Shown here: piece after piece, positions 27,088 to 38,672 of the stretch
How positions within the stretch are numbered: position 1 is the stretch's first letter
How the letters are laid out: each line of letters starts with the position of its first letter
NCBI RefSeq assembly: GCF_000400465.1
Contig: NW_008806276.1
Span: forward strand, 240,001-302,000
Source of the DNA: Wallemia ichthyophaga EXF-994
Taxonomy: Eukaryota; Fungi; Basidiomycota
Length of the DNA: 62,000 nucleotides
Direction: 5' to 3'
The notes under the pieces: model-generated
Seen by the model: only the letters and a program-made list of their open reading frames with translations
Told to the model about the DNA's origin: nothing
Databases searched by the model: none
Program-made: the position numbers and the translations under genes

Positions 27088-27324
27088 TTCGTAGCTTCGA
27101 TTAGTTATCTTTATAGTTGTCACTATCGTTCACGTTCTCCTTTTCCTTCTCGTTCTCGGCCAACACGCTTAATGCGGCGTAAATGTGTTAATTTCTGATG
27201 ATGACGTCGTACGCTCCTCGCTGTTTTCGCCGGATGCGGTAAGATCTGATGAGCGAGTTTCGGTGGGGTTTTAATTGAATAACTGACGCGCGCTTTCTTT
27301 ACCAAGTAACATTCAACGACACAA

Positions 27325-28259
27325 ATGAGACTGATCATCCGCGACGATAAGCCAGCTGTTGGAGGTTTCACAGCCAACTACATAGCTAAGCGCATAAACG
27401 AGTTCCAGCCAACAAACGATCACCCGCGCTTCGTGCTTGGTTTGCCGACGGGCAGCTCACCACTGCCTGTCTACCACAAACTGATCGACCTGCACAACCG
27501 CGGAAAGGTCTCATTCAAGCATGTCATCACATTCAACATGGATGAGTATGTTGGTATTCCCAAGTCGCATCCTGAATCGTACCACTCGTTCATGTTTGAC
27601 AATTTTTTCAGCAAGGTGGATATAGAGTGAGTAGTCTCTCGAGAGTGTATTCACGTGATTTACAGCTTTACTAACAAGAAACACCGCGTAGACCACACAA
27701 CGCTCACATCCTCGACGGTGAAGCGGAGAATCTGGTAGAAGAGTGTGCGCGCTACGAAGAGAAGATCGAGGCTGTTGGCGGAATAGATCTGTTTTTAGGT
27801 GGAATAGGTGAAGATGGTCACATTGCATTCAATGAGCCTGGTTCATCGCTCGCTTCGCGCACGCGCATGAAAACATTGGCCTACGACACCATCGTTGCCA
27901 ATGCGCGTTTCTTCGACAACGATATAGCCAAAGTACCCAAGATGGCTCTCACAGTGGGCATAGCGACGGTGATGGATGCACGTGAGGTTATAATCGTAAT
28001 CACGGGCAAACATAAGGCTCCCGCTCTCGCCAAGTCTATCGAGGAAGGCGTCAATCATATGTGGACTGTCTCTGCTATTCAGCAACACCCATGGGCTATG
28101 GTGGTGGCTGATGAAGATGCCACACTTGAACTACGCGTCGGGACCGTTAGATACTTCAAGTCGATCGAATCCGTACAGGCTCAGCAGGAACTTAAATACG
28201 GTAACGCTGCTCTCAGACCGAAGCAGAGATCTGTACATGCATCCTCGCCGCGCTTCTGA
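27325..28259 (+). CDS. NAG1: Glucosamine-6-phosphate deaminase, spliced
   Basis: [69 protein letters not shown]. Confidence 0.95.
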
Positions 28260-28429
28260 GAAGCATGTGCAATATCAGGTTGAGATTGAGACAAAACGGG
28301 AATCTCAATAGAAAACCCCAACTAGGAAAACTGAGATGTAGAAACACACGTGGAGACGTAAATGTACAGCCAATTTGATATATCTTCATTTTAGAAAGCG
28401 TTAATGCGCTCATTTGTTGTGCTCAATCT

Positions 28430-28447
28430 CTATCGCTATCGCTATCG
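28430..28447 (+). repeat. Short tandem repeat (CTATCG)x3 abutting the SWD1 ATG
   Basis: Read directly from the sequence. Confidence 0.9.
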
Positions 28448-29987
28448 ATGGACTTAGCACTGGCGAGTGGGTGGAATGAGCAGAGGCAGCTCTAGACACA
28501 GCTAACCACGCCGCAGACCCATTCGCTTTAGACCGGCCAGAGACGCTCGAGCACACGCTAGACGCAGGAGCGACATGTGCGGCGTACAACCACGGGGGCA
28601 AGTACAAAGGCACGTTACTTGCGACCGGGCGGTTTGACGGGTTCGTGAATATCTGGGACATGCTCACTCTAGCGCCGCTGCGGGTGTTGGAGGCGCACGT
28701 GAAGGCTGTCGTGACGGTGAGGTGGGTGCTGAGAGCTGGGTGCTACGCGATGATTGACAAGTGCTAACCGCGCACCCGCCATCACCACAGCTGGTCAGCC
28801 AACTCGCGATATCTTCTGTCGGCGTGCAGGGACTGGAGCTGTGTGCTGTGGGACGTGGAGACGGGCGAGCGCGTGCATACTATCAAATACGACGCTCCAG
28901 TGCAGGAAGCCTTCCTGCACCCGTTCATTAGCACGTCTGTCGTTGCCACGCTGTCCACCCAGCAGACTTACCTCGTCGATCTCTCCCAGCTGAGACAAAA
29001 AGAGAAACTCGCCAAGACTGAGATAGGTATGCTCTGGGAGACGGATTCTAACGGCCAGGCTATTCAGCGGTCGCAGATGACAACCGCTATGTTTTCCCCG
29101 AGTGGCCGGTTCATTGTGGGGGGAACGTCGCAGGGCTGTCTGCTTATTTTTGAATTACCGAGTTTGAATGTGTGTGGGGAATTATACATCTAAATCACAG
29201 CACTCACCTATTACAGGTCATATCAGAGACTGCTATCTGCAATGGCGCAATCAAGCGGATTGCAATCGATAACAGAGACAGGTGGGAGGTACAGATTGAA
29301 AACACAACTCACACCTCACACCGCCCAGACTTGTCGCTTGTACTTCGCGAGATCGCACTATCCGCGTCGCTAGCATTTCCGACGACCTGCGCCAGATAAC
29401 CACGCTGTTCCGCTTCGCCGACGAGATCGACAGAACGATATGGAATGGCGTGACCTTCTCCAACGACAACGAGTACATAATAGGCGGTGGGTTTGCTTTG
29501 TAGGGTTTCTCAAGGTACTCAACGCTACAAAATTCCAGGCAGCGGACATAAAGCGGGACATTATATATACATATGGGACACGACATCGGGGACACTGATC
29601 AAGGTGGTCGAAGGACCGCGCAGTCCGCTGCACGACGTGATCTGGCATCCTACCAAACCACACATGGCGAGCATAGACAGTCATGGGCAGATACTGACGT
29701 GGACAACAAACAACAAACAGCGCTGGGCAGCATTTGCACCGGGATTTGAAGAGCTCGAGACGAACATCGAGTACAAAGAGAAGGAGGATGAGTTTGATAT
29801 TTACGTGGACCAGGATAACAAGGTGGTGAAGGGCGTGGAGGATGAGCGGGCGGTGGACGTGGATGGGGTGAACGAGGGAGGTGAGAGGAAGGTGCCTGAA
29901 TATCTACAAGGCTATGTCGATATCGACGACGATTACAACTTTTTCCCTTCGCAGCCAGACTTGAGCGATGTCGAGCAAGTTGAGTGA
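28448..29987 (+). CDS. SWD1: COMPASS WD40 subunit Swd1/RBBP5, multi-intron
   Basis: MDLALANPF..PETLE, WD repeats, WAAFAPGFEELETNIEYKEKEDEFD. Confidence 0.9.
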
Positions 29988-30102
29988 GGAAGGGTGTTTA
30001 GGCGTTGTAAATGAATATAAATTACAATTGAGCTGTGTTTGTGCAATATTGGCTGTGTTTGTCAGTCGACGGATTCTCCTCAAACCGCAACCACCAACAG
30101 CC

Positions 30103-30522
30103 ATGGAGTACGTCAGAGGCAAGCAGTGAGTGGGCTTGCAGCACTACGCACACCTCTGATGATATCCCAGAGACCTCCCACCGCCTGGTGGCTTTGAGAC
30201 AGTCAAATACAAGCGATCACTCCCGCTGAAAGGACCCAGCGGAGCAGTTATCTTCGGCACGATCCTCGCGATATCTGGCTGGGGATTCTACAAGCTCGGC
30301 CAAGGGAACCTTGAGATGCGAGAACTCGAGCGTGAAAAGATATGGTCACGCATCAACATAGTACCTGCACTGATGGCAGAGAACGACAGGGACATCTACA
30401 GGAGAGAGCGTGCGGCAATGGCACGTGAAAGCGAGATAATGAAAGATGTAAAGGGCTGGCAAGTCGGTCAGAGCGTGTACAATGGCAAGAGGTATAACAC
30501 GCCATCCATGTATGTCCTGTAG
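30103..30522 (+). CDS. NDUFA13: Complex I subunit NDUFA13/GRIM-19, spliced
   Basis: QDLPPPGGFETVKYKRSLPLKGPSG...ELEREKIWSRI..VPALMAENDRD...MKDVKGW.VG.SVY. Confidence 0.92.
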
Positions 30523-30562
30523 GGAGCATGGGAGTGTAAATGTGCAAATTAAAATATATATG

Positions 30563-30871
30563 TTACAAATTCCTCATTACCTTCTTGAGATCGCGGCGTA
30601 CATCGCTCTTTATGCCGTCGTTGGCGACTCTCCCGCCGTCTCTCCTTACGAGAAGGTTTGAAGGGAGTGCGTTGATGGATTGAAGCTGTATGAATTCATC
30701 TACGAGTCCATTCCTACGGTAATTTGAATGGTTTGGCTGCTTTGTGTAGCTGGTTGGAATGGTTTGTGTGTCTATGCTTGAGAGCGGCACTGGCTGTATT
30801 AGGCTCTGTGCGCTGTGTGACTTATTCACTCTGCGTGCCACTGAGAATCCGCGCGTCTGGATCATTTTCAT
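30563..30871 (-). CDS. Candidate 102-aa orphan protein with a mitochondrial-presequence-like N-terminus
   Basis: Open frame fills the whole gap between NDUFA13 and POP7-like; MKMIQTRGFSVARRVNKS is Arg/Ser-rich with no acidic residues; no family recognised. Confidence 0.4.
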   Translation of the reverse strand: MKMIQTRGFSVARRVNKSHSAQSLIQPVPLSSIDTQTIPTSYTKQPNHSNYRRNGLVDEFIQLQSINALPSNLLVRRDGGRVANDGIKSDVRRDLKKVMRNL

Positions 30872-30890
30872 CTTGCACTCTTTCACCTCG

Positions 30891-31601
30891 ATGAACAAGA
30901 GAAAAAGCCAAATAGACCAAGACGATGGACAGAGCAAGAGGATAAGGACGGATGATACGAGTGGGTGTACAAACAAGAATAAGACGCTCTCCACTCGTAT
31001 TCGTAAGCTTCCACCGCCGATGCCATCCTCACGCACCGCTTCTGGGCGTGCATCCTCCGTAGCAACAACGAGCGCTGCGAAACGCACAAATGTTATCAAC
31101 GTAAGCAGGAAGAAGAGCGCGATCAATTATATCCGCAGAATTAAATCGCTAGTCCTCGAATTGGGCGCTACGAAGATTATACTCAATACACTCTCTGCGG
31201 CGATCCCATTCACGCTCCAGCTTATTCCAATGATTAGAAAGCACCTCGGTAACTCCACTAACGCCATCAGATTTCTTCTGCGCACTCGCACAGTCGACGT
31301 CATCGATCAAGTTCTCCCCACAGATAAAGAGGCTGATATCGAAATGCACCAGCGCAGTCAATCTGCTCTTAGGGTTGTTATGTTGGTCGGTGAGCGGCGT
31401 GAAGGTGAGCAGGGCGATAGTGATCAAGATGGGAATCAAGATGAGCAGCAGCAGCCACAGCCACACGCACACGCACACGTACACCCGCAGTCGCACACCA
31501 CAAAGCCAAAAAATAGAGGTGTCAAAAGGCGACTCAAAGATGAGCGCAAAAGAGAACAGAAGCGCGCGGAGAATGAGGCTTACAACGAAACAAATAAATA
31601 A
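30891..31601 (+). CDS. RNase P/MRP subunit Rpp20/Pop7-like (Alba fold)
   Basis: VINVSRKKSAINYIRRIKSLV...LNTLSAAIP...TRTVDVIDQVLP...QRSQSALRV matches the Alba/Rpp20 pattern as recalled; start taken at MNKRK. Confidence 0.6.
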   Translation: MNKRKSQIDQDDGQSKRIRTDDTSGCTNKNKTLSTRIRKLPPPMPSSRTASGRASSVATTSAAKRTNVINVSRKKSAINYIRRIKSLVLELGATKIILNTLSAAIPFTLQLIPMIRKHLGNSTNAIRFLLRTRTVDVIDQVLPTDKEADIEMHQRSQSALRVVMLVGERREGEQGDSDQDGNQDEQQQPQPHAHAHVHPQSHTTKPKNRGVKRRLKDERKREQKRAENEAYNETNK

Positions 31602-31630
31602 CCTAATCAATACATGTAATCTACACTACA

Positions 31631-33710
31631 TTACTCAATAAGCATACTCTCCTCGTCATCTAGATGGCGCGTCATATCGATGTTGCTATTGCTCTGACTG
31701 AGAATAGACGAGTCATCGCGGAAGGAGAGTGTGTTATTAGTGTGATTGGTGTGGTTGGTATTGTTATTGTTATCACCACCTACTCCCCCTACCCTCCACG
31801 CTTCCGGCAGGCGATTGAATTTCTCCGCCGACGTAGCGCGCACATTGCAGCTGACTGCCAACTTGAGCAACTCCGTCGTCATAGCGTCACCTGGGAGTAT
31901 GGAGAGGGATTTGTGATAGACCTCGATGGCGTCTTCCATCTCGCCTAGCTCATTGTGGACGAGTCCGAGAGTGGTGAGTGTGGCAGTACATGAATCATCG
32001 ACCTGCAGCGCGCGCAGGAGACTCGCCTTGCTTTGTGCTAACTGCTTCAGCTTGCGCTGCGCCTGTCCGAGACCGAGATAGGTAGTTGCGGTGGTTTTGT
32101 GTGCGTGTGTAAGTGAATCTTCCTGTACATCAACACCCCCTTCCAACCCCTCCAGCTCGAGCGTCCTGCCGAAATACTCCACTGCTTTGCTATACTCCAT
32201 ATTGAAGTAGCTCACGACGCCCATCTCGTGGTAGACCGCGGGGTCGTTGGTGCAAATAGACAGTGCACCCGCGAGGAATCCCATCGCAACACCGTTGTTC
32301 GCCAGCTGGATATGCTGCATTGCTATGTAGAGCAAGGCGAGGTGCGTGCCCGGAAACAGTCTACTCGCTGTCGAGTAAGCCGTAATGGCGCTGTCATGCT
32401 CACCCTCGAGTGCGAAAGCATGTCCGAATGCTATCCACGCCGGCTGGAAGCGCGGATCCATAAGGCTGGATTTAGACAAGTACCGGCGCGCTTCCTGGTA
32501 GTAGCTGCCGAGATAGTAGTACACGCCGACGGCGTACCACGACACCGCACTGTCAGGGTCCGTCTCGATGAGCTGGTGAGCGAGCAGAAAAAGCGAGCTG
32601 CGCAGATTGGGTAGGTGCTGCATGCACGCTATGTGTAGTGGAAGGGTTGTTGGGTGGGATGGGTGGTGTTTGAGGATGCTATGAGGCTTTATTGAGTGTT
32701 TCTAACTAAATTGGTAAATCTCTCACTCACTCTGTTGTCTGCTTGAAACACTCCCCATATCTCAGCTGTGAGTAGAGCGAATCGGCTCGCGATTGCAATA
32801 TATCGACATTCTGCTCAAAGCCATACTTCTCCAAACACAGCTCATCGCGCGATCTGTCGATATGCGCTGCATGCGCGGGATTTTTCTTCAGCTGCGTCGT
32901 GTACATCAACTTAACGAAATCGCTATCATGCTCAATCTGCTCTTTGTAGTGAAGGGACTGCACGAAGTGCCACTCCTCCTCGTCAGACAACATAGAACCA
33001 CCGACTAGTTTGATAAAAGCGTCGTAATTCTTCACGTCGAGAGAGAGAGCTTCGATGAAAGACTCTTTAGCCTTATCAGGGCTGTTGAGGTGGAGGTGGA
33101 TGAGACCTCGCAGGTGACAGAGGGAGGACTCAATCTTAATCCCGCCATCGTGACACTTTACGTTATAGCCGTGATTTGGGTCTTTGTTGAAAGGGTTGGT
33201 GTCGCCGAGCAGCTCTAGCGCTTCGTGCCACTTGCCGAGCCTGAGCTGAGACTGGGCAGTGAGGTATCTGCAAAAGACAGAAATTTGGTATAAGCGTACG
33301 AAATCGCCGTTCATGTTGAAAGGATTAGTGAGAAGCTGCTCAGCACGTAGGTAAGAGTGGGTGTAGAAGTAAATCTGAGCCAACCAGAACGCGTCATTTG
33401 GGTCATTTGTGAGGTGTAAGCATTTATCGCCCCAGAATTGAGCGGTCGTGTATAGATGCTGCATCATTGCGTCGTGTCGCCATAGCCGGAGTTTATCGAT
33501 GAGCTGAGAGTCGGTGGATTGAGGTGGGAGGAGGTTAATTGAGTCGTCGTGGCCGCCAGTTTCATCGTAGTTCAAGTCAAAATCCACTGCAGCGCTCCTT
33601 GAAATCTGTGGAGAAGCACTGAGGATTGAGTAGTTGGGGGAATTGAATAGCCTCTTCACAGAAGGCGATGGTACAAATTTTGATTGAATGGGCTTCGTGG
33701 GCGTGTTCAT
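31631..33710 (-). CDS. CDC16: APC/C TPR subunit Cdc16/Cut9 (alternative upstream ATG at 33737), spliced
   Basis: [86 protein letters not shown]. Confidence 0.92.
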
Positions 33711-33735
33711 CGTTGTTGAATGAATACCTTGGTTC

Positions 33736-34080
33736 ATGTCGACAACCACGACAGCCACGACAACCACCACGGATACTGAGAATTTCAAGCTAGACGGAGC
33801 TAATAAGACACTTAAAAGGACTTTTATCTACAAATACAAAAGACCAAAATCTTCTCATTTACTTGAAAAACGAGCTAGCAGTGGTAATACAAGCACACCT
33901 AACACAACCTTGAAATCATTCAAGTGCTCAATTTGTGATCAATTCTTCTCCAGGAATCACGATCTAAAGAGACATCAGAGAATCCACACGGATTTTAAGC
34001 CATTTAACTGTAATTGTGGCAAGTCATTTAGTAGAAAAGACGCTTTAAAGAGGCATTTACTGGTAAAAGGATGTCATTGA
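33736..34080 (+). CDS. Minimal two-finger C2H2 zinc-finger protein (114 aa)
   Basis: [52 protein letters not shown]; in-frame TGA at 33721 bounds the ORF upstream. Confidence 0.8.
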   Translation: MSTTTTATTTTTDTENFKLDGANKTLKRTFIYKYKRPKSSHLLEKRASSGNTSTPNTTLKSFKCSICDQFFSRNHDLKRHQRIHTDFKPFNCNCGKSFSRKDALKRHLLVKGCH

Positions 34081-34556
34081 ATGATTATATCAGTAGTACA
34101 CATGGATATACACCCTCAAACACCCAAATTATTCAAAACATACTAAGCATTCAATTGAGACATTTCATTGATTCAGCGACGAGCAAGGGGATTTCTATTG
34201 ATATCGCTCTTAAATTGCTTGATAGGTGTGAGCATACACACAGCCATACTCTGAACATATTGCAGCACCTACACCTAGAAGATATCCCAGACACTCTAAA
34301 CTCACTCGCACTAGACTTTCTCCATCACCTCATCGCAATTTCCATCGTCTACCAAGCAGAGCATCCAATCCATAAACCCTCTCCAGCCATCCCTATTTCT
34401 TCTCCCTTTACTGTACGCGGCTTGGAGGAGGGGGAGGACAACTCTGAACACTCCCAACACACCCTTCACTCCCACTCTATCCAAGCTGCGTATTTGGAAT
34501 ATCAGCGTATCTCCAACCGCCACCATCTTAACAAGAAGACCATCCATCTCCTCTGA
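34071..34556 (+). CDS. Hypothetical 161-aa protein overlapping the zinc-finger stop codon
   Basis: Long open frame in AT-rich DNA with amphipathic-helix-like segments (TLNSLALDFLHHLIAISIVY); family not recognised. Confidence 0.5.
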   Translation: MSLNDYISSTHGYTPSNTQIIQNILSIQLRHFIDSATSKGISIDIALKLLDRCEHTHSHTLNILQHLHLEDIPDTLNSLALDFLHHLIAISIVYQAEHPIHKPSPAIPISSPFTVRGLEEGEDNSEHSQHTLHSHSIQAAYLEYQRISNRHHLNKKTIHLL

Positions 34557-34617
34557 CACTCTAGAATATGTATAAATACTCTCATAAATACTCTATAACA
34601 CTCTATGACTCCCCATC

Positions 34618-36916
34618 TTACTCATCACCTTCCTCTCTCTCGCTCTTCTTGGACTTGGTAGGCAACCCGCTAAACTTCATGCGCAGCGTGTTGTATTTCT
34701 TCACCTGCGCCAGACTCACCGACGGCCGAACCTTATCGAGCGCGCAGCTGAAGTGGTCTGCGAGGACGACAACGGGGACTTGAGTGTCAGTTTGAGCGTC
34801 GGTGTGAGCATCAGAAATAAGCGTCTGTCTGAGCGCTAAAACAGCCGCCTCCCTAACCAGTGCGGCAAGATCCGCACCCGAGAAGCCATAGCAGCGATCC
34901 GAAGCGATGAGATGATCCACCTTAGCGATTTCACTTGGGTGAATAGGTGTGTTAGTAGCGAGAGTCCGCACAATCAACACGCGTTCTTCAGCACTTGGAA
35001 GATCGACATAGAGCAATTTATCCAATCGACCTGGTCTCACCATAGCAGGATCTATAATATCAGGTCGGTTAGTAGCCCCAATAACGAACACCTGCTTGCG
35101 CGACTCGAGCCCATCGAGTTCAGTGAGAAGGGTGTTAACAACGCGACTTGAGCTTTCGCTGAGGTTATCGTCGCGTCGCGGCACCAATGCGTCCAGCTCG
35201 TCGAAGAAGATGACGCAAGGAGATGAGGAGCGAGCGCGTATGAACACCTGCCGTATCGCGCGCTCACTCTCACCCACATACTTGTTGAGTAGCTCGGGGC
35301 CTTTGACGGAGATGAAATTGGCGCGACTCTCGTTCGCGACTGCCTTCGCGAGCAACGTCTTACCGCAGCCAGGAGGTCCCCACAGGAGCACACCGCATGG
35401 GGCATGGATCCCTATCGAGGTGAATAGCTCGGGTTTGCGGATCGGTTGAACTATTGCCATGTGCAACTCGTCGCGCGTCGCGTGCAACGCTCCTATATCC
35501 CCCCACGTCACATCGGGTACCGTCGCAAATCCCTCACGCTTGCTGCTCGGTTGAACTATCTTAAGGGCTGCGTCAAAATCCCCGAACTCTATCGATAGCC
35601 GCTCGAGTTGGGTGTCTGTGAGTGGAGCTGGGTGTGTGAGGAGGAAGTGTGCGATGGTTGACTGTTTGGGGAGGTGATTGACGAGTGATTGCAGCGAAGA
35701 GAGTTGCGTACTCTGATTTTCATCAAGCTCACCACTAGTCGTTACATCCATACTCATCTCACCACTCTCATCGGCTAGCTGCTTGAAGATGCGTTTCACT
35801 GCAATCACGCCAGCTGCACCAGTAAGAGCACTAAGATCAGCACCTACGTATCCAGGAGTAGATTTAGCGAGAGCTTTGAAGTCAAAACTGCCTGCGAGTT
35901 TCAACCTAGCGCATAAAACACGCAAGATACTTTCACGGCCACTGTCATCGGGAACACCCATACAAATCTCATGATCAAAACGACCAGCGCGACGAAGAGC
36001 AGGATCAAGACTATCAGGACGATTTGTAGCGCCAATGATGATGATTGGACGATTATCAGTCTTATCCCAACTCAGATCGTCTATGCAAGTGAGTAATTGA
36101 GCAACTATCCTTCTTTCCATTTCGCGTTGAGCATTTTCACGTTTTGGGGTGATTGCGTCAATTTCATCAATGAATAATAAGCATGGAGCGTGTGAGGCAG
36201 CTTCTTGGAAAGTGTCTCTGATAGTTTTTTCACTTTCACCACTCATACCACTAACAATTGAAGGAGCAGATATTGAGAGAAAAGGAACAGCCATTTCGCC
36301 TGCTATTGCATTGGCTAGTAGAGTTTTACCACAGCCAGGTGGACCGTGGAGGAGAACGCCGCGTGGAGGTTGTACACCTGTGTGGAGGTAAACTTCTGGG
36401 TGAGTAAGCGGCATTGCAACCAATTCGAGCATTCTCTCTACACACTCATTTATACCGCCTAAATCGGTGAGACGGGCGGTAGGCGGAGTAGTATCGATAG
36501 AAGACTGAGAAGATTGATTCCGAGAGCGTTTTGAGTTGTTGGTGGTGGTGGAAGATTTTTTACGCTTTTTGGTAGCATCCTGGGGAATTTCTGAGGGGGC
36601 AGCTATGGGTGTTTCTGTGGGTGCCTCCGGGGCGTTTTCCGGAGGATTTTCTAAAGGATTTTCCAGGCCATTTTCAATGCTAGCTTCAACACCACCTTGT
36701 ACATCTTTCAAATTGTTTTTACGGGCGCCGCCAACTTGCTCCCTGGCCGCAGCCTCGACAGCCATCGCAGCAGCGTGGGCAGCAGAACCAGCAGGTGGAG
36801 TAGCAACCCTGGAACGAGACTGGGACCAAAGATCCTGCATGGACCTGTTAAGAGATGAAGATGGCTGAGATTTGAGAGGAGTGGAGTGAGTAACAGAGAA
36901 TACTCACAGTGGACAT
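34618..36916 (-). CDS. RIX7: AAA+ ATPase Rix7/NVL (two AAA modules); short first exon MST
   Basis: [43 protein letters not shown], second GVLLWGPPGCGKT, ELLNKYVGESERA. Confidence 0.92.
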
Positions 36917-36982
36917 GATGGTGGAATTAGAAAGATAAGCTTATTAAATAAAAATATTTAATGATCTAATCAGTGTAGTAGC

Positions 36983-37040
36983 CACGTGACAAGCATGGCT
37001 AGGCGAATTAGTGGGGAGGCTTGTAATTTTGAATATAAAA
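36983..37040. promoter_or_regulatory. Divergent RIX7/GSK3 promoter with an E-box and a TATA-like element
   Basis: CACGTGAC at 36983-36990 (bHLH/Cbf1-type) and TATAAAA at 37034-37040. Confidence 0.3.
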
Positions 37041-37147
37041 GAAAGAATAATAGGAAAGACTAGTAAAAAGAAATTGACTTGAAATATTCAAGTAAAGTTT
37101 AAAATTCAAGGGAGACACCTTGTCAACAGCCACCACCACGATACACT

Positions 37148-38380
37148 ATGTCCAGCAGCACAACCCCATTCAACAAATCGAATACATTGGATGAACCTCA
37201 TAAGGTAGTCAAAGTAGATGCCAGCGATGGCAGATCTGGCGATAATCTTGAAATATCCTACACTTCGTGCAAAGTAGTCGGCAATGGCTCGTTTGGTGTT
37301 GTTTTCGCTGCTAAATTAATTTCACCAAGGGAAGAAGACATTGCCGTTAAAAAGGTTTTGCAGGATAAGAGGTTTAAGGTGAGTGATTGGGGTACATGCA
37401 ATCACCCATCTTACACGCCTTAGAACCGTGAACTACAGATCATGCGTATCGTCAACCACCCGAACGTTGTCAACTTGAAAGCTTTCTTCTACTCTTCAGG
37501 CGACAAACCCGCTAGAGATGAAGTTTATCTCAATTTGGTGCTCGAATTCGTTCCAGAGACCGTTTACCGTGCTTCACGTCATTACTCAAAGTTGAAGCAG
37601 ACTATGCCAATGATACACGTTAAGCTCTACATGTATCAGCTACTCCGCTCACTTGCTTACATTCACTCCTCTGGTATTTGTCATAGAGACATCAAACCGC
37701 AGAACCTTCTCCTGAATGTAAACACGGGTGAACTCAAGTTATGCGATTTTGGTTCGGCTAAAATGCTCATCCCAGGTGAGCCAAATGTTAGTTACATCTG
37801 TTCGAGGTACTACAGAGCCCCTGAACTCATTTTTGGTGCAACTAACTATACTACTGCTATCGATATCTGGTCCACTGGTTGCGTCATGGCTGAGCTCATG
37901 CTCGGTCAACCTCTTTTCCCAGGTGAATCAGGTATCGACCAGCTAGTCGAAATCATCAAAATCTTGGGTACACCTACCAGAGATCAAATTAAGACTATGA
38001 ATCCAAACTACATGGAACACAAGTTCCCTCAAATTAAACCTCACCCCTTCAACAAAGTCTTTAGACCAAAGACTCCTCAAGATAGCGTCGATCTCATTAC
38101 TCAGTTGCTCCAATACACCCCCGAACAGAGATTAACTGCTATCGACGCCATGTGTCATCCCTTCTTCGACGAATTAAGACAGCCTGATGGGAAGCTACCA
38201 AATGGTAACCCCTTCCCTCCCCTATTTAACTTTACAAAGGAGGAATTATCCATCAAACCTGAATTAAATGACACCCTCGTCCCGTCATTCGCCAGAAGCT
38301 CCCTTCAATCTGATATGGGAATCGATCTAAACAACTTTGATCCTATACCACTTGATCAAATGCGTCTTTCAATTGAGTAG
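37148..38380 (+). CDS. GSK3: Glycogen synthase kinase-3 family kinase, one intron
   Basis: [61 protein letters not shown]. Confidence 0.96.
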
Positions 38381-38672
38381 TAATTCTAAATGCATTCCAC
38401 TCTCTCTTTACAATCGCATGTATCATCAAACACCTGGCACATATTAACATGACACTTATGAACATGGCACTCATTCACCCATCACATGATATATTTCCTT
38501 AGCACCTACTCTGCTCACCTATCTCTATCCTATAACGACCTTCTCTCTACTTGATTTTTCTTCATCAAATAGTCAACTTTTTATTGTTATTTTCAAAATA
38601 CATAGTTAAATTCCTAAGTGTTGGTATGTATTTGTACATGGTGTAAAATTTTCATAATTGGTATCCCTCCCT

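Noticed and set aside
27194-27252. Box C/D-like elements (TGATGA...CTGA) in the DAC1/NAG1 spacer as a snoRNA
   Set aside because: Only about 50 nt between boxes, no terminal stem and no recognisable rRNA antisense element; kept only as a possible promoter repeat.
19683-36868. Many long antisense or alternate-frame ORFs over SFI1, CDC16, RIX7 and neighbouring genes
   Set aside because: Expected shadow ORFs in GC-rich coding DNA; no independent motifs.
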